DNA of 64,000 nucleotides from an uncultured Candidatus Saccharibacteria bacterium (GCA_964436545.1 CAYTCJ010000002.1:110738-174737), one strand, 5' to 3'; counted from the first letter of the stretch, positions 43,452 through 54,133 are shown. A program made the numbers and translations. The notes: generated from the letters alone by a model not told the origin.

Positions 43452-45134
43452 TTATTGAAGAAAACTTATTAACTCATTTATTTTTATAAGTTGAGTTTCA
43501 CTTAATGCTCTTTTCTTTACCTCCACACTCTCCTTCTCTAAGGTTTTTGAGCTTACCACGATTCTGTAAGGAATACCAATTAAATCACTGTCGGCAAATT
43601 TTACTCCGGCGCTTAATTCCCGGTCATCATATAATACCTCAATTCCGTCTCTAAGCAAAGTCTCATACAAATTTTCCGCCACCTGTTCTGTGCCTTTTAA
43701 GGCAATTAAATGCACGGTAAACGGCGCAACCGCCGGTGGCCAAATTATCCCTTTGGCATCGTGAAATTTTTCCACCACCGCTGCCATAGTCCTACCCACG
43801 CCAATGCCATAACAACCCATATAAAAGGGCTTAGCTTCGCCATCTTCGTCTCTAAAATTTGCCCCTTTCATTAATTGGGTATAATGGTAGCCAAGTTGAA
43901 AAATATTCCCTACCTCAATCCCGCGCTTTTCTTCCAAAGGTTTATTATTAACCGAAATAAACCCCGCTTTCACTAAAGCAATATCGCCAATTATATCCGG
44001 CTCATAATCTCTGTGAAGATTAACATTTAACAAATCACAATGTTGTTTATTGGCCCCGCCATACATATTTTTAACAGTTGCCAAAGAATCATCAGCCACA
44101 ATAATTAAATCTGGATGCTTAATTTTTACGGGTGATAAGAATCCGGGCTCAGAGTTTAAGTTTTGCCTGATTTCTTCATCTGTGGCATGTCTTAACTCAA
44201 CAGATTTTATTAGACTTTTTAACTTTACTTCATTAACCTCAAAATCCCCCCGAATAATTGCCAAAATAAACCGTTTTTTTTCATCTACATACAAAACATC
44301 TTTAATTTGTCGCCACAAAGGCAACTTATGAAACTTAACGCCGTCCTCCATAGTCTTACCTCTTACTGCCTCCACTTCCACCAATGCTTGTTCGGGTTCA
44401 TTTAAATTCATATCGGCTTTTATAAATTTTGCCACGTCTTCGTGAGCGCTGTAAACACCGTCGGTAAAAAATTTGGTTTCGCCAATGGGCGATTCCACTA
44501 CAAACTCATGACAATATTCCCCGCCAATATAACCATTATCGCTTTCCACCACTAAAGTCTCCAAGCCCAAGCGCTGAAAAATTCGAGTATAAACCTGTTT
44601 AAGTTTTTCGTATTCCAGTTTAAAATCCTCTTCGTTTTTATGAAAAGAATAACCATCTTTCATAATAAACTCCCTTACCCTTAAAAGTCCGCCTCTGGCC
44701 CGAAGTTCGTCTCTAAATTTAGTGGAGAATTGATACAAATGAAAAGGCAAATCTTTATAACTGAGTTGATATTTACGCACTAAATCCACAAACATTTCTT
44801 CCGCTGTCCCGCCTAAGGCAAACTCACTCTCCCTGCGGTCTTTAACTTTCATTAACTCAAAACCCGTAGTGCTGGTCCGGTTGGTTTCTTGCCACAATTC
44901 CAAAGGATGCAAAATTGGGGCCGACATTTCTTGGGCTCCGGCCCTATCCATTTCTTCCTTAATAATTGCCATAATTTTTTGCTGAACTCTATAGCCGACA
45001 GGTAAAAAATAATACCTGCCCGCTACCGACTCGGCAATGAACCCCGCCTGCTTTAAAAGCTTGGAAGAAATAATTTTTAAATCTTCCTCGGAAAAGGTTT
45101 TACTGGTTTTCAAAAAATATTTACTTTGTCTCAT
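43452..45134 (-). CDS. proS: Prolyl-tRNA synthetase (class II)
   Basis: Class II motifs and ProRS anticodon-binding C-terminal region. 560 aa. Confidence 0.85.
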   Translation of the reverse strand: MRQSKYFLKTSKTFSEEDLKIISSKLLKQAGFIAESVAGRYYFLPVGYRVQQKIMAIIKEEMDRAGAQEMSAPILHPLELWQETNRTSTTGFELMKVKDRRESEFALGGTAEEMFVDLVRKYQLSYKDLPFHLYQFSTKFRDELRARGGLLRVREFIMKDGYSFHKNEEDFKLEYEKLKQVYTRIFQRLGLETLVVESDNGYIGGEYCHEFVVESPIGETKFFTDGVYSAHEDVAKFIKADMNLNEPEQALVEVEAVRGKTMEDGVKFHKLPLWRQIKDVLYVDEKKRFILAIIRGDFEVNEVKLKSLIKSVELRHATDEEIRQNLNSEPGFLSPVKIKHPDLIIVADDSLATVKNMYGGANKQHCDLLNVNLHRDYEPDIIGDIALVKAGFISVNNKPLEEKRGIEVGNIFQLGYHYTQLMKGANFRDEDGEAKPFYMGCYGIGVGRTMAAVVEKFHDAKGIIWPPAVAPFTVHLIALKGTEQVAENLYETLLRDGIEVLYDDRELSAGVKFADSDLIGIPYRIVVSSKTLEKESVEVKKRALSETQLIKINELISFLQ

Positions 45135-45208
45135 AAATCACAGATTAATGCACTGATTACGCAGATAACACAGACATATTATTGATAATCCTTTTAATTA
45201 AAACTTTT

Positions 45209-45538
45209 TTACTTTGTCTCAAACCGGTCTAAAATTGTATAAATTTCTGAAAGTTTTTGATTTAACACTCTACTTATTTCTGAGTTTGGTATAAAATCTT
45301 GCTCAAGTATATCACCCGCTTGTTTTTTATAAGCATCTATAGACGTAGCCTTCTCGATTTTACTTTTACCACCGGCAATTTTCATCATCCCCTTAAAATC
45401 TTCCACAGATACTTTTAACTGTTCCAAAATTGCGATATTTCTGGCACCTGCGAATCCTGCATGATAAGTCCTAGGCCGAAACGCTCTTAATTGAGCTAAT
45501 CTCGCTCCCTCACTTAATTCACCGGTTTCTAATGACAT
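45209..45538 (-). CDS. Hypothetical protein (109 aa)
   Basis: Clean ORF. No family recognised. Confidence 0.4.
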   Translation of the reverse strand: MSLETGELSEGARLAQLRAFRPRTYHAGFAGARNIAILEQLKVSVEDFKGMMKIAGGKSKIEKATSIDAYKKQAGDILEQDFIPNSEISRVLNQKLSEIYTILDRFETK

Positions 45539-45600
45539 AAAAAATCTTTAAATAATAAATTATTATTATTGCTATCTGCACTCATCTGTGTATCTGTGAA

Positions 45601-46752
45601 TCAAAATCCTTTCACATCTTTAATTGTCACCAAGACCATCAATAAGAGTAAAAAAGCAAAACCAAAAGCATTAAAGGCTTGCTCCCATTTTTGATTATTT
45701 CTTTTACCTCTAATTTTTTCAATTAATAAAAAGAAAACTCTTCCGCCATCTAAAGCCGGAAAAGGCAAAATATTTAACACGGCCAAATTTAAAGACAAAA
45801 AAGCGGTAAATTGTAATAAATAAATCATACCCTTATCTGCCACTTGTCCGGTAATCTGCGCAATCTTTACCGGTCCGCCTAAAGCACCTAAACCGATTTT
45901 AGCGCTTATTAAGCCATACAACCCGACTACAATATTATGCAGTTGGCCATACGTGGCATTGGCCCCTTGCCACCAAGCAGTCAAAAAAGTAAATCGCAAA
46001 TTACCCACATTGGCTAAAGCAATGCCGGTAGGACCCTCCCCGGACTTAAAAATCTGTTGGGAATTGACTGCTAAATTTAAAACTTGTTGGTTACGATGAA
46101 CTGTAAAACTTAAAGTTTGTCCGGAGTTTTGTAAAATAAATTCCCTAATTTCCTCAATGCTAACAAAATTTTTCCCGTTAATGGCAACAATATTATCTCC
46201 GGCTTTTAAACCGGCCATTTCAGCCGGGCTGTTAGGCAACACTTCCACAATAGCCAATTGTTGATGGGTAAATTGCGCCTTTGGGGGCAAATCTGAAAGT
46301 TGGTTTACCGCTGTAGGCATCCCCACCATAAAACCGACACTCAGCAAACCCCAAGCTAAGATTACATTCATTATTACCCCAGCCACAAGCGTTAACAACC
46401 TTGCCCAAAAGGGCCGGTTAATAAAAGACTGCGGATCGTGCTCGTGTTCATTATTTTCTCCTAAAATTCTCACGAACCCACCTAAAGGAATTAAATTAAT
46501 GGAATAAATAGTAGACTCATCCGGGGTTGAATCTTTTTGGTCTAATGGTTGATTTGATTGCTTTCTCGGATGCCCTAAAATGACTTTCCAACCACTTAAG
46601 GTTTTTTGAAAGCCGACTAAACGAGGCGGGAAACCAAACCCAAATTCCAAAACCCGCATTCCGCTTTTTTTAGCAACAATAAAATGCCCAAACTCGTGCA
46701 CAAACACGAGCAAGCCAAGGATGATGATAAAAATAATGATTGTGGTCAACAT
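45601..46752 (-). CDS. rseP: RIP metalloprotease RseP (site-2 protease, M50) with a PDZ domain
   Basis: HEFGHFIVAKK (HExxH) in TM1, a central PDZ (GLKAGDNIVAINGKN), and the C-terminal LDGG motif. 383 aa. Confidence 0.8.
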   Translation of the reverse strand: MLTTIIIFIIILGLLVFVHEFGHFIVAKKSGMRVLEFGFGFPPRLVGFQKTLSGWKVILGHPRKQSNQPLDQKDSTPDESTIYSINLIPLGGFVRILGENNEHEHDPQSFINRPFWARLLTLVAGVIMNVILAWGLLSVGFMVGMPTAVNQLSDLPPKAQFTHQQLAIVEVLPNSPAEMAGLKAGDNIVAINGKNFVSIEEIREFILQNSGQTLSFTVHRNQQVLNLAVNSQQIFKSGEGPTGIALANVGNLRFTFLTAWWQGANATYGQLHNIVVGLYGLISAKIGLGALGGPVKIAQITGQVADKGMIYLLQFTAFLSLNLAVLNILPFPALDGGRVFFLLIEKIRGKRNNQKWEQAFNAFGFAFLLLLMVLVTIKDVKGF

Positions 46753-46831
46753 AAATTTAACAAATACTCACTCTTGCAAATTCCTAATTACTAATTAGTC
46801 TAATTTCTAAACAATACCCAAATCCTAATTC

Positions 46832-47188
46832 TTAATTTTTTGACTTTTTATATATTGCATTAAAAATAAGATTTAATGCTTTTGCTTCCAACCACAGTTT
46901 TCTAGCCTTGTCTGCCATTTCCGTGACAGCAATAGCTGACATTCTCAAAAAGTGCTTACATTCCCTAGATTCTTTTTTACAAATACCAATTTTGTGGTAA
47001 AAATCTTTTCTACTTTCAGCATCATCGGCTTCGCAATAATTTGCCCCAACACTTGTGCCACATTTTATTAATTGATTAATAATTGGTCTCGTTATTTCAT
47101 TTTTAGGCAAATCTTTACAAAATTTTATTATCTCCTCGCCAAATTTAGCTGTTCTTTCTTCCAAATCAAATTTTAAGTCTTTCGGCAT
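46832..47188 (-). CDS. Four-helix-bundle protein of the 23S rRNA intervening-sequence (IVS) protein family, free-standing
   Basis: 118 aa. INQLIKCGTSVGANYCEA and CKHFLRMSAIAVTEM match the S23-IVS/four-helix-bundle family pattern. Motif-level call. Confidence 0.5.
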   Translation of the reverse strand: MPKDLKFDLEERTAKFGEEIIKFCKDLPKNEITRPIINQLIKCGTSVGANYCEADDAESRKDFYHKIGICKKESRECKHFLRMSAIAVTEMADKARKLWLEAKALNLIFNAIYKKSKN

Positions 47189-47234
47189 TAGAACTTATTT
47201 AGGTCAATTAGAAATTAAAATAATTAGGTCAATT

Positions 47235-47792
47235 CTAAACCGTCATTACTTCTTTTTCTTTGCTTTCCGCGTGTTGTTTAATTTCTGCATTATACTTATC
47301 TACAATTTCTTGAAGTTGTTTTTGGCCGGCGGTTAAATCATCTTTGGAAATTTTTCCTTCACTTTCCGCATTCTTCATGGCCTTAATCACGCTTTCCCTA
47401 ACATTCCGTATGCTAATTTTACCCTTTTCCGATATTTGGCCGATTAACTTAACCATTTCTTTTCTTCTCTCTTCACTTAGAGCCGGTAAAGAAATTCTAA
47501 TTACTACGCCATCGTTAGACGGATTAAAACCCAAATTCGCCATTTGAATCCCTTTTTCAATTGCCTGTAATTGACCTTTATCCCAAGGACTAATTACCAA
47601 GGTTTTGGCATCACTTACACTTACCGAAGCCACGTGTTCCAAAGGCATTTTACTGCCATAACTTTCCACCACTACAGTATTCAGCAAAGCCGGATTAGCC
47701 CGACCGGTTCTCACACTGGCTAATTCGTGTAAATAATGCTCAATGGCTTTTTCAAATTCCGGTTTATGTTGATTTAAGATTTGATTTACCAT
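47235..47792 (-). CDS. frr: Ribosome recycling factor
   Basis: VRTGRANPALLNTVVVESYGSKMPL and the C-terminal coiled coil are typical of RRF. 185 aa. Confidence 0.9.
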   Translation of the reverse strand: MVNQILNQHKPEFEKAIEHYLHELASVRTGRANPALLNTVVVESYGSKMPLEHVASVSVSDAKTLVISPWDKGQLQAIEKGIQMANLGFNPSNDGVVIRISLPALSEERRKEMVKLIGQISEKGKISIRNVRESVIKAMKNAESEGKISKDDLTAGQKQLQEIVDKYNAEIKQHAESKEKEVMTV

Positions 47793-47945
47793 AACAATAT
47801 GATACTAATCTACAAATTATTACTAATAATGCAAATAATACTAATTTTGATCTTTTAAAATTCTCTATGCAGACCAATAAGCTCTTGTTTCGCGAGGTAT
47901 TCGTATAATTTGCATCATTCGCATGCATTAGTATATTAGTATCGC

Positions 47946-49001
47946 TTATTGATTTACATAATTCCCCGCATAGACTATTTGAGGCAATTGAGGATCAATC
48001 AATAAATAATTTACAAATCCCGAAGTGTTTACTTCTTGCGTTTGCCAAGTTTTTGCCCCATCGGTGGATTTATACACCACTTTACCTACACTTAACATTA
48101 CAATATTGCTCGTGGTTTTGGCCACGGTAACGGCTCTAGCCGGCAATTCCGAACTTTGTTTGCCGGGCAAGCTCAGCTTTTCCCAAGTTTTACCCTCATT
48201 GGTGGTTTTAAACACCCCCTTGCCTGCAGTTAAATATATCAGAAGCGGGCTGGTTTTGTCTATATAAACCTGATTAAAAGTCTGCTCGTTTAAACCGGAA
48301 AAATTTTCCAAAAATCCGCTTTGGTTAGTTAAATTTGCGGTCAAGTTTTCAAACTCGCCTTTTTCCAAATTGGTTAACTTATAAAGTCCCTTGGTTTTCA
48401 GTAATACATACATCGATTGATTTTGCCACAAGATTTTATTTATCCGATCATCAAAATTTTTAATTAATTTCCAATTTCTGCCTCCATCGGCGCTATAGAT
48501 TAAACTACCGGCACTATTGCCCAGAACAACTTGGTTGGGCGCTTGCGGATTTAAAGCCACCGTCCTTACCGAAACCACGCTTACGGCTTCACTATATATT
48601 TCTTCCCAACTTTTACCTCCGTCTTCAGTTTTTACCACTCTGCCCTTGTCCGCAAAATATCCACCGGCGTAAAGGATTTGAGTGTTAAACGGATGAATGG
48701 CAAAATCATAAGTAAAAATTTTACTTAAAATTCTTGTCCAAGTGGCCCCACTATCCTCAGATTTATACAACCCATCGTTAAAGCCGGACACATAAACAAT
48801 TTCTCGATTTTTGGGATCCAAGTCCATTTTGGCAACATTCAATCCGGCTAAAGTAGCACTGTTATCTTTAACCACATTGATGCCGGCCCAGTCCACTCCG
48901 CCATTGGTAGTTTTAGCCACCCCGGCAACCACCGGTGTCTTAAAAGGATTACATGATGCCGATATCAATAACAAGCCAATTACAAGTATTTTGTTTTTCA
49001 T
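47946..49001 (-). CDS. Secreted lipoprotein with BNR/Asp-box repeats (beta-propeller, Ycf48/sortilin-like)
   Basis: Lipobox LLISASC. Five or more S-x-D-x-G-x-T-W repeats (SEDSGATW, TEDGGKSW, SADGGRNW, TNEGKTW, STDGAKTW). Confidence 0.65.
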   Translation of the reverse strand: MKNKILVIGLLLISASCNPFKTPVVAGVAKTTNGGVDWAGINVVKDNSATLAGLNVAKMDLDPKNREIVYVSGFNDGLYKSEDSGATWTRILSKIFTYDFAIHPFNTQILYAGGYFADKGRVVKTEDGGKSWEEIYSEAVSVVSVRTVALNPQAPNQVVLGNSAGSLIYSADGGRNWKLIKNFDDRINKILWQNQSMYVLLKTKGLYKLTNLEKGEFENLTANLTNQSGFLENFSGLNEQTFNQVYIDKTSPLLIYLTAGKGVFKTTNEGKTWEKLSLPGKQSSELPARAVTVAKTTSNIVMLSVGKVVYKSTDGAKTWQTQEVNTSGFVNYLLIDPQLPQIVYAGNYVNQ

Positions 49002-49085
49002 AAATTTTCAATTTTCGAATAAAACAAATCTACAAAATTTTTTATTCGTTGTTATTTGTAAATTCGTTCCATGGGTTGATTTAAA

Positions 49086-49832
49086 TTAAATTTTTAGCAT
49101 TACTCCCTGCATAATAAATTTTTTATTTTTATTGGTATTAAACTCTTCCAAAGCTTTCAGCCCCACTCCCAACAATCCATACTGTTCGGGCAATTGCGCC
49201 AACCTTTCCGACACCAGATATACAAAATTTTCTAACGTTAATAAAAATTCGTTATCCTCCAACTCGGCAAACACATTAACAGCGTTAAGTCTTTCCGCTA
49301 AACTTTTGCCCAAAAAACTCATTACCGATGGCAGACGAGTGGTCGTGTCTGCCGGATAAACGGATTTAGGCGAATTAAAATTAAAAATCTGGCATCGGGA
49401 CATAATAGTTGGCAAAAGCTTTCGGGTATGCGCAGTTAAAAAAATACACGTATCCGGCGCGGGTTCTTCCACCACTTTAAGCAAAGCGTTTGAGCTGTAC
49501 CAATTCAATTGGTCCAAATGGGGTATAAAAACAATCTTACTTTTGGCCACCATTGGTTTTAAAAACATTTTTTCTGTAAACTGCCTAATCTGCTGTGCCT
49601 CTTTCTCATTTTCAGGATCTACTTTAAACTCTAAAAAATCCGGGTGGGTGAAGGGTGTATGAGCGGTATCTGTCCGGCTCTTCAGGGATAAAATATTTTT
49701 TGCAAATTCATACACCACGTTTTCCATATTGGCACCTTTGGGGCCTAAAAATAAATAGGCGTGCGCCAACCGATGATTTTGGGCTTGAATTAACAAAATC
49801 TCTAAAATTTTTTGAGCTGAGGGCAAGAGCAT
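49086..49832 (-). CDS. holB: DNA polymerase III delta-prime subunit
   Basis: AHAYLFLGPKG degenerate P-loop, SRC region, HPDFLEF. 248 aa. Confidence 0.6.
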   Translation of the reverse strand: MLLPSAQKILEILLIQAQNHRLAHAYLFLGPKGANMENVVYEFAKNILSLKSRTDTAHTPFTHPDFLEFKVDPENEKEAQQIRQFTEKMFLKPMVAKSKIVFIPHLDQLNWYSSNALLKVVEEPAPDTCIFLTAHTRKLLPTIMSRCQIFNFNSPKSVYPADTTTRLPSVMSFLGKSLAERLNAVNVFAELEDNEFLLTLENFVYLVSERLAQLPEQYGLLGVGLKALEEFNTNKNKKFIMQGVMLKI

Positions 49833-49863
49833 AAAAATAATTGAACTACAAATTACTGAGAAT

Positions 49864-50400
49864 CTATTTGACTATAATTACCCCTTGCATCTGAGAATTT
49901 AAATGATTATGATACGGCCATTCTCCGGATTTTTTAAATTCAAATTGCCATTTACCCCCAGCCTGTATGGCTTGTTTAGGGTCAAACTCCGAATAAAGAC
50001 TGTGGGTAGGGTGCGGGTTGCTCGCCGGCCACATGGGCGATTTGGAATTATTTTTAAAAATTACAAAATCCCCGACTTTTAAATTTACAGTGGCGGGGGA
50101 AAATTTTTCTCCGTCAAAATCCACTTGCACTACTAAAATATCGGGAGCTAAAGGCTCAGCCTCGGCTCCTTCAGAAAGCTTCTTTTCCGGCAAAGCCGGA
50201 GCCACAGCCGGAGTATCTTTTATACTGTTTTGGGGGTTAGTTGGGGTTTGGGTAGTGGGCTTTACACCCAGAGCCAAGTCGCTCTTTAAAGTAGTTTGAT
50301 CTTCTGCTGAATTTGGGACTGTGGGTTGCCGGTTAATTAAATAATTAAACAGCCCGGCCACTGCTAACATAAAAATAATAAAATATAAAAATTTACGCAT
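49864..50400 (-). CDS. Secreted protein with a Pro/Thr-rich linker and a cupredoxin-like C-terminal beta domain (no Cys ligand)
   Basis: Signal peptide. The PTTQTPTNPQ linker. The C-terminal HPTHSLYSEFD...YHNHLNSQMQGVIIV resembles EfeO/cupredoxin-like folds. Low-confidence call. Confidence 0.35.
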   Translation of the reverse strand: MRKFLYFIIFMLAVAGLFNYLINRQPTVPNSAEDQTTLKSDLALGVKPTTQTPTNPQNSIKDTPAVAPALPEKKLSEGAEAEPLAPDILVVQVDFDGEKFSPATVNLKVGDFVIFKNNSKSPMWPASNPHPTHSLYSEFDPKQAIQAGGKWQFEFKKSGEWPYHNHLNSQMQGVIIVK

Positions 50401-50636
50401 AAATTTTAAAACTTTATGTTATATCCTCCTTTGCTGTATTAATTCCCAGCTACGGAGGATGATTCTGAATTTATTTAATAATTTGTTATAATTATAACAT
50501 AATTTAAAAAATATGAGAAAAAAAATTTTAGATGACTTTATTAGCAAAGCCAAAAAGCGAGAAATTAAAAAACGACCTCGAATGAAAGTTTATGGCAAGG
50601 GCTTAATCCTTAGCCAAACCCACGCAGGTAAAAAAC

Positions 50637-51647
50637 TTGCCAAACATTAACTCTCACGCCATGCTTAACCACCCGCCAAAAATTTTGGTACTTGTAGGGC
50701 CGACTTCGTCCGGAAAATCGGCATTGGCGGTTAAATTGGCAAAAAAATTTAAGGGTGAAATTATCTCCTGCGATAGCCGACAGATATATAAAAAAATGGA
50801 TTTAGGCACTGGTAAAGTGACTGGCCACTGGCAAACTGTGCCAGTGACCAGTCATCTTAAACGAGGTGGGAAATCTAAACGCAAATTTAAAAAAGTCTAT
50901 TTTTATAAATCCATTCCTCATCACTTGATTGATTTTCAAAATCCCAAAAAACAATATTCAGTGGTTCATTTTCAAAAGTCGGCCCAAAAACTCATTGCAC
51001 AAATTACTCACAAACAAAAACTCCCAATCTTATGCGGAGGCACCGGTCATTGGATAGATGCGGTAGTCTTTAACCAAAGCCTGCCTCAAGTTAAACCCAA
51101 CCTCAAACTCCGAAAAAATTTAGAAAAACTTGAAGCCAACGAACTATTTGCAAAATTGAAAAACTTAGACCCCCAGCGCGCTCAAACCATTGACAGATTT
51201 AACAAACGTCGCCTTATTCGGGCTTTGGAAATTATTTTCACCACCGGCCAACCTGTCCCGGTTTTATCTAAAAACTATAAACAACTCTCAAAAAACCATA
51301 GTGCATTATGGCTGGGTTTAAAACTGCCCAAAAATCTTTTGTATAAAAAAATTAAAACTCGCTTACAGCAAAGACTTAAAGCCGGTATGATTAAAGAAGT
51401 CCAGCGACTAAAAAAACAAGGCCTGTCGTGGCAAAAACTGGAATCCTTTGGTTTGGAATACCGGTATATAAGCCGATATTTAAGAGGTAAGATAAACTAT
51501 GAGGAAATGTTTAACCAGCTGTTATTGGCCATTCAGCACTATGCCAAACGGCAACTTACTTGGTGGAAAAAAAATCCTGCCATTCATTGGTTAAAACCCC
51601 CTACTCCCAACACTGACAAACTTATTTTAAAATTTTTAAAATCTTAA
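50637..51647 (+). CDS. miaA: tRNA dimethylallyltransferase
   Basis: P-loop GPTSSGKSALAV, SCDSRQIYKKMDLGTGK. 336 aa. The true start is possibly ATG 50661 (MLNHPP). Confidence 0.85.
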   Translation: MPNINSHAMLNHPPKILVLVGPTSSGKSALAVKLAKKFKGEIISCDSRQIYKKMDLGTGKVTGHWQTVPVTSHLKRGGKSKRKFKKVYFYKSIPHHLIDFQNPKKQYSVVHFQKSAQKLIAQITHKQKLPILCGGTGHWIDAVVFNQSLPQVKPNLKLRKNLEKLEANELFAKLKNLDPQRAQTIDRFNKRRLIRALEIIFTTGQPVPVLSKNYKQLSKNHSALWLGLKLPKNLLYKKIKTRLQQRLKAGMIKEVQRLKKQGLSWQKLESFGLEYRYISRYLRGKINYEEMFNQLLLAIQHYAKRQLTWWKKNPAIHWLKPPTPNTDKLILKFLKS

Positions 51648-51655
51648 TTTAATAA

Positions 51656-52501
51656 TTAAGCCAAAGCTTTAACAATCAAATTTTTATTTAATTTTAAAGC
51701 TTGGTTAGTGTCATAATGTACCATATTAACCCCTACGGTATTTAACCTCGAAATAACCGTATGTATCAATCGGTGACGCATTTCACCATAAATACCCTCG
51801 CCATTCGCTAAGCAAGCTTCGTTATAATCAAACACCTCTTTATACATATGCCTAACATTTTCCAATTCGGCACCAAACCTTTTAATAAATTGCTTTTCCA
51901 AACTTTCCACTGTATTATCGCCTTTCGCTTGCGCCCTGAGTAGTTCACTCATAGCTTGAACAAACGGGTGTTGCATATTAATATTAAAAAGCCATATACC
52001 CGAATTATCTACTACTCCGTGCACCAACGCCTCGTGAGAAACCCCTTGCACTTGCAATTGAACTCTCTGTAAAACTGAATAAGCAATATCACCTCGTTGT
52101 CCATGTATGGTAAACGCATTCTCATTAGGGGGTGAAATGAGCTTAGGTCTTTTAGGATAATGAGAAAGCTTATGCAATTTCTTTAAGGTTTTTACCGGAT
52201 GAATGTGAACATCTGCCACCCAAAACCCTTGAGCTAATTTACCTTCTAAATACCTAATCTGCCCTGTCATATTTACGCCATTGGCAGTGCCTATTTTTAG
52301 ATTATCTAAAGACGATTCACCGGTTGATGAATGCAAAAATACTTCGGCGATTTCTTGATTATTCTCTTGAGCTGATCTTAACCACTTAGCCACTCCAGCT
52401 TGCCAAACCGGATCTGGTTCTTTTTCTTTTTCTGCTTTCTTTTTCGCCTCTAAAGTTAAACCGGCGACAAGACCTAAAAATTCACGTCTGGGTAAGTTCA
52501 T
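51656..52501 (-). CDS. Hypothetical protein with a twin-arginine-like N-terminus (RREFLGLVAGL)
   Basis: 281 aa. The N-terminus resembles a Tat signal. No enzymatic motif recognised. Confidence 0.4.
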   Translation of the reverse strand: MNLPRREFLGLVAGLTLEAKKKAEKEKEPDPVWQAGVAKWLRSAQENNQEIAEVFLHSSTGESSLDNLKIGTANGVNMTGQIRYLEGKLAQGFWVADVHIHPVKTLKKLHKLSHYPKRPKLISPPNENAFTIHGQRGDIAYSVLQRVQLQVQGVSHEALVHGVVDNSGIWLFNINMQHPFVQAMSELLRAQAKGDNTVESLEKQFIKRFGAELENVRHMYKEVFDYNEACLANGEGIYGEMRHRLIHTVISRLNTVGVNMVHYDTNQALKLNKNLIVKALA

Positions 52502-52594
52502 ACCTTTATGGTATTTTTTTTAACGATAATTCATTCATTTCTTTTCAAACAACATTTTAAATACTGTGTAGTATTGAAATGTTGTAAAAAATCT

Positions 52595-54133
52595 TTAGGC
52601 TAATTTTTGTTTCAACAGTTCATTAATTTTCTGCGGATTCCCCTTCCCTTTCAGCTCCTTCATAGTTTGTCCCACCAAAAACCCAAAACTTTTTTGCTCT
52701 CCGCCTTTATAATCCGAAACGGCTTTTGGATTATCTGTCATTACCTTATCAATTGCCAATGCAATCACTGCATCATCACTTACTTGTTTTAAACCCAAAT
52801 CCTCCACAATGTTGGAAGGATCGCCACCTTTTTCAAACATTACTTTAAACACTTGTTTGCCGGCAGAACCGGAGATTTCACCGGTTTGAATCATTTTTAA
52901 AAGTTCGGCAAAATTTTCCGCATCCACTCGTGAATCCGCCGGGTTTAAAAGCTGTTGATTTAACAAAGCGCTAAATTCCCCCAAACACCAATTCACGGCT
53001 TGTTTGATAATTGCCTGTCTGCCTGTAGGGGAAGCCATTGGCTTCCCGTTTTCTGGGCGGGCAATGCCCGCCCCTACATCTACATTCATCCATTCATCAA
53101 CCTCACTCACTACATTTTCAAAAAAAGTTGCCATTTCTTTCCAAGCAATTAAATTTTCCACATCGGCCTTAGGCAAACCGTATTCATTTAAAAATCTCTG
53201 TCTTTTTTGTGCGGGCAACTCCGGCATTTTACTTTTAAGCTCGCCTAAATACTCTTGAGTAAAATGTAAAATCGGCAAGTCAGGATCCGGAAAATACCGG
53301 TAGTCATTTGCCTCTTCTTTGGTTCTTTGTTCTACGGTACAACCTTGTTTTTCATCCCACCCCATAGTTACTTGCTTAGGCATGCCACCGGACTTTAAAA
53401 TTTCTATTTGGCGGGCAATTTCGTAATCGATGGCATTTTGCGCAAACCGAAAAGAATTAATATTTTTTACTTCCACTTTATATTTAGGCAAAGTGGTTTC
53501 TCCGGGTTTTCTCACGGAAATACTGGGTTCACAGCGCATAATGCCTTTTTCCATATCACAAGACGAGGCACCTAAATACTTTACAATATTTTTTATTTCC
53601 GATAAAAACGCGTAAGCTTCCTCTCCACTACTTATTTCCGGCTCCGTAACAATTTCGAGTAGCGGAGTGCCGGCACGATTATAATCTACCAAAGAATACG
53701 GCAAACCTTCGGGGTGAATATTCTTTCCCGCATCTTCTTCCAAATGAGCACGGGTAATATTTACTCTTTTTACTTTCCCGTTGACTTCAATATCTAAAAA
53801 ACCACTCCTAGCAATTGGTTTATCAAATTGGGAAATTTGGTAGCCTTTAGGAAGGTCGGGATAAAAATAGTGCTTACGGTCAAACTTGCTCCACTCGTCT
53901 ATTTGGCAATTTAAAGCCAACCCCACCATAGCGCTAAGCCTGATGGCCTCTTTATTAGCCACAGGCAAAGTACCAGGCTGACCTGTGTTGACCTCGTCAA
54001 TATCTACATTCGGATCTGCTTGGTCCGGATTATTTGGCGCTATGCCAAACATCTTAGATTTTGTCGCAAGCTGAATGTGGATTTCAAAGCCAATAACTGG
54101 CTCATACTCGGTTGATGCTGGATATGTTTTCAT
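52595..54133 (-). CDS. gatB: Glu-tRNA(Gln)/Asp-tRNA(Asn) amidotransferase subunit B
   Basis: GatB N-terminal catalytic region (PVIGFEIHIQL) and C-terminal YqeY-like tail. 512 aa. Confidence 0.9.
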   Translation of the reverse strand: MKTYPASTEYEPVIGFEIHIQLATKSKMFGIAPNNPDQADPNVDIDEVNTGQPGTLPVANKEAIRLSAMVGLALNCQIDEWSKFDRKHYFYPDLPKGYQISQFDKPIARSGFLDIEVNGKVKRVNITRAHLEEDAGKNIHPEGLPYSLVDYNRAGTPLLEIVTEPEISSGEEAYAFLSEIKNIVKYLGASSCDMEKGIMRCEPSISVRKPGETTLPKYKVEVKNINSFRFAQNAIDYEIARQIEILKSGGMPKQVTMGWDEKQGCTVEQRTKEEANDYRYFPDPDLPILHFTQEYLGELKSKMPELPAQKRQRFLNEYGLPKADVENLIAWKEMATFFENVVSEVDEWMNVDVGAGIARPENGKPMASPTGRQAIIKQAVNWCLGEFSALLNQQLLNPADSRVDAENFAELLKMIQTGEISGSAGKQVFKVMFEKGGDPSNIVEDLGLKQVSDDAVIALAIDKVMTDNPKAVSDYKGGEQKSFGFLVGQTMKELKGKGNPQKINELLKQKLA

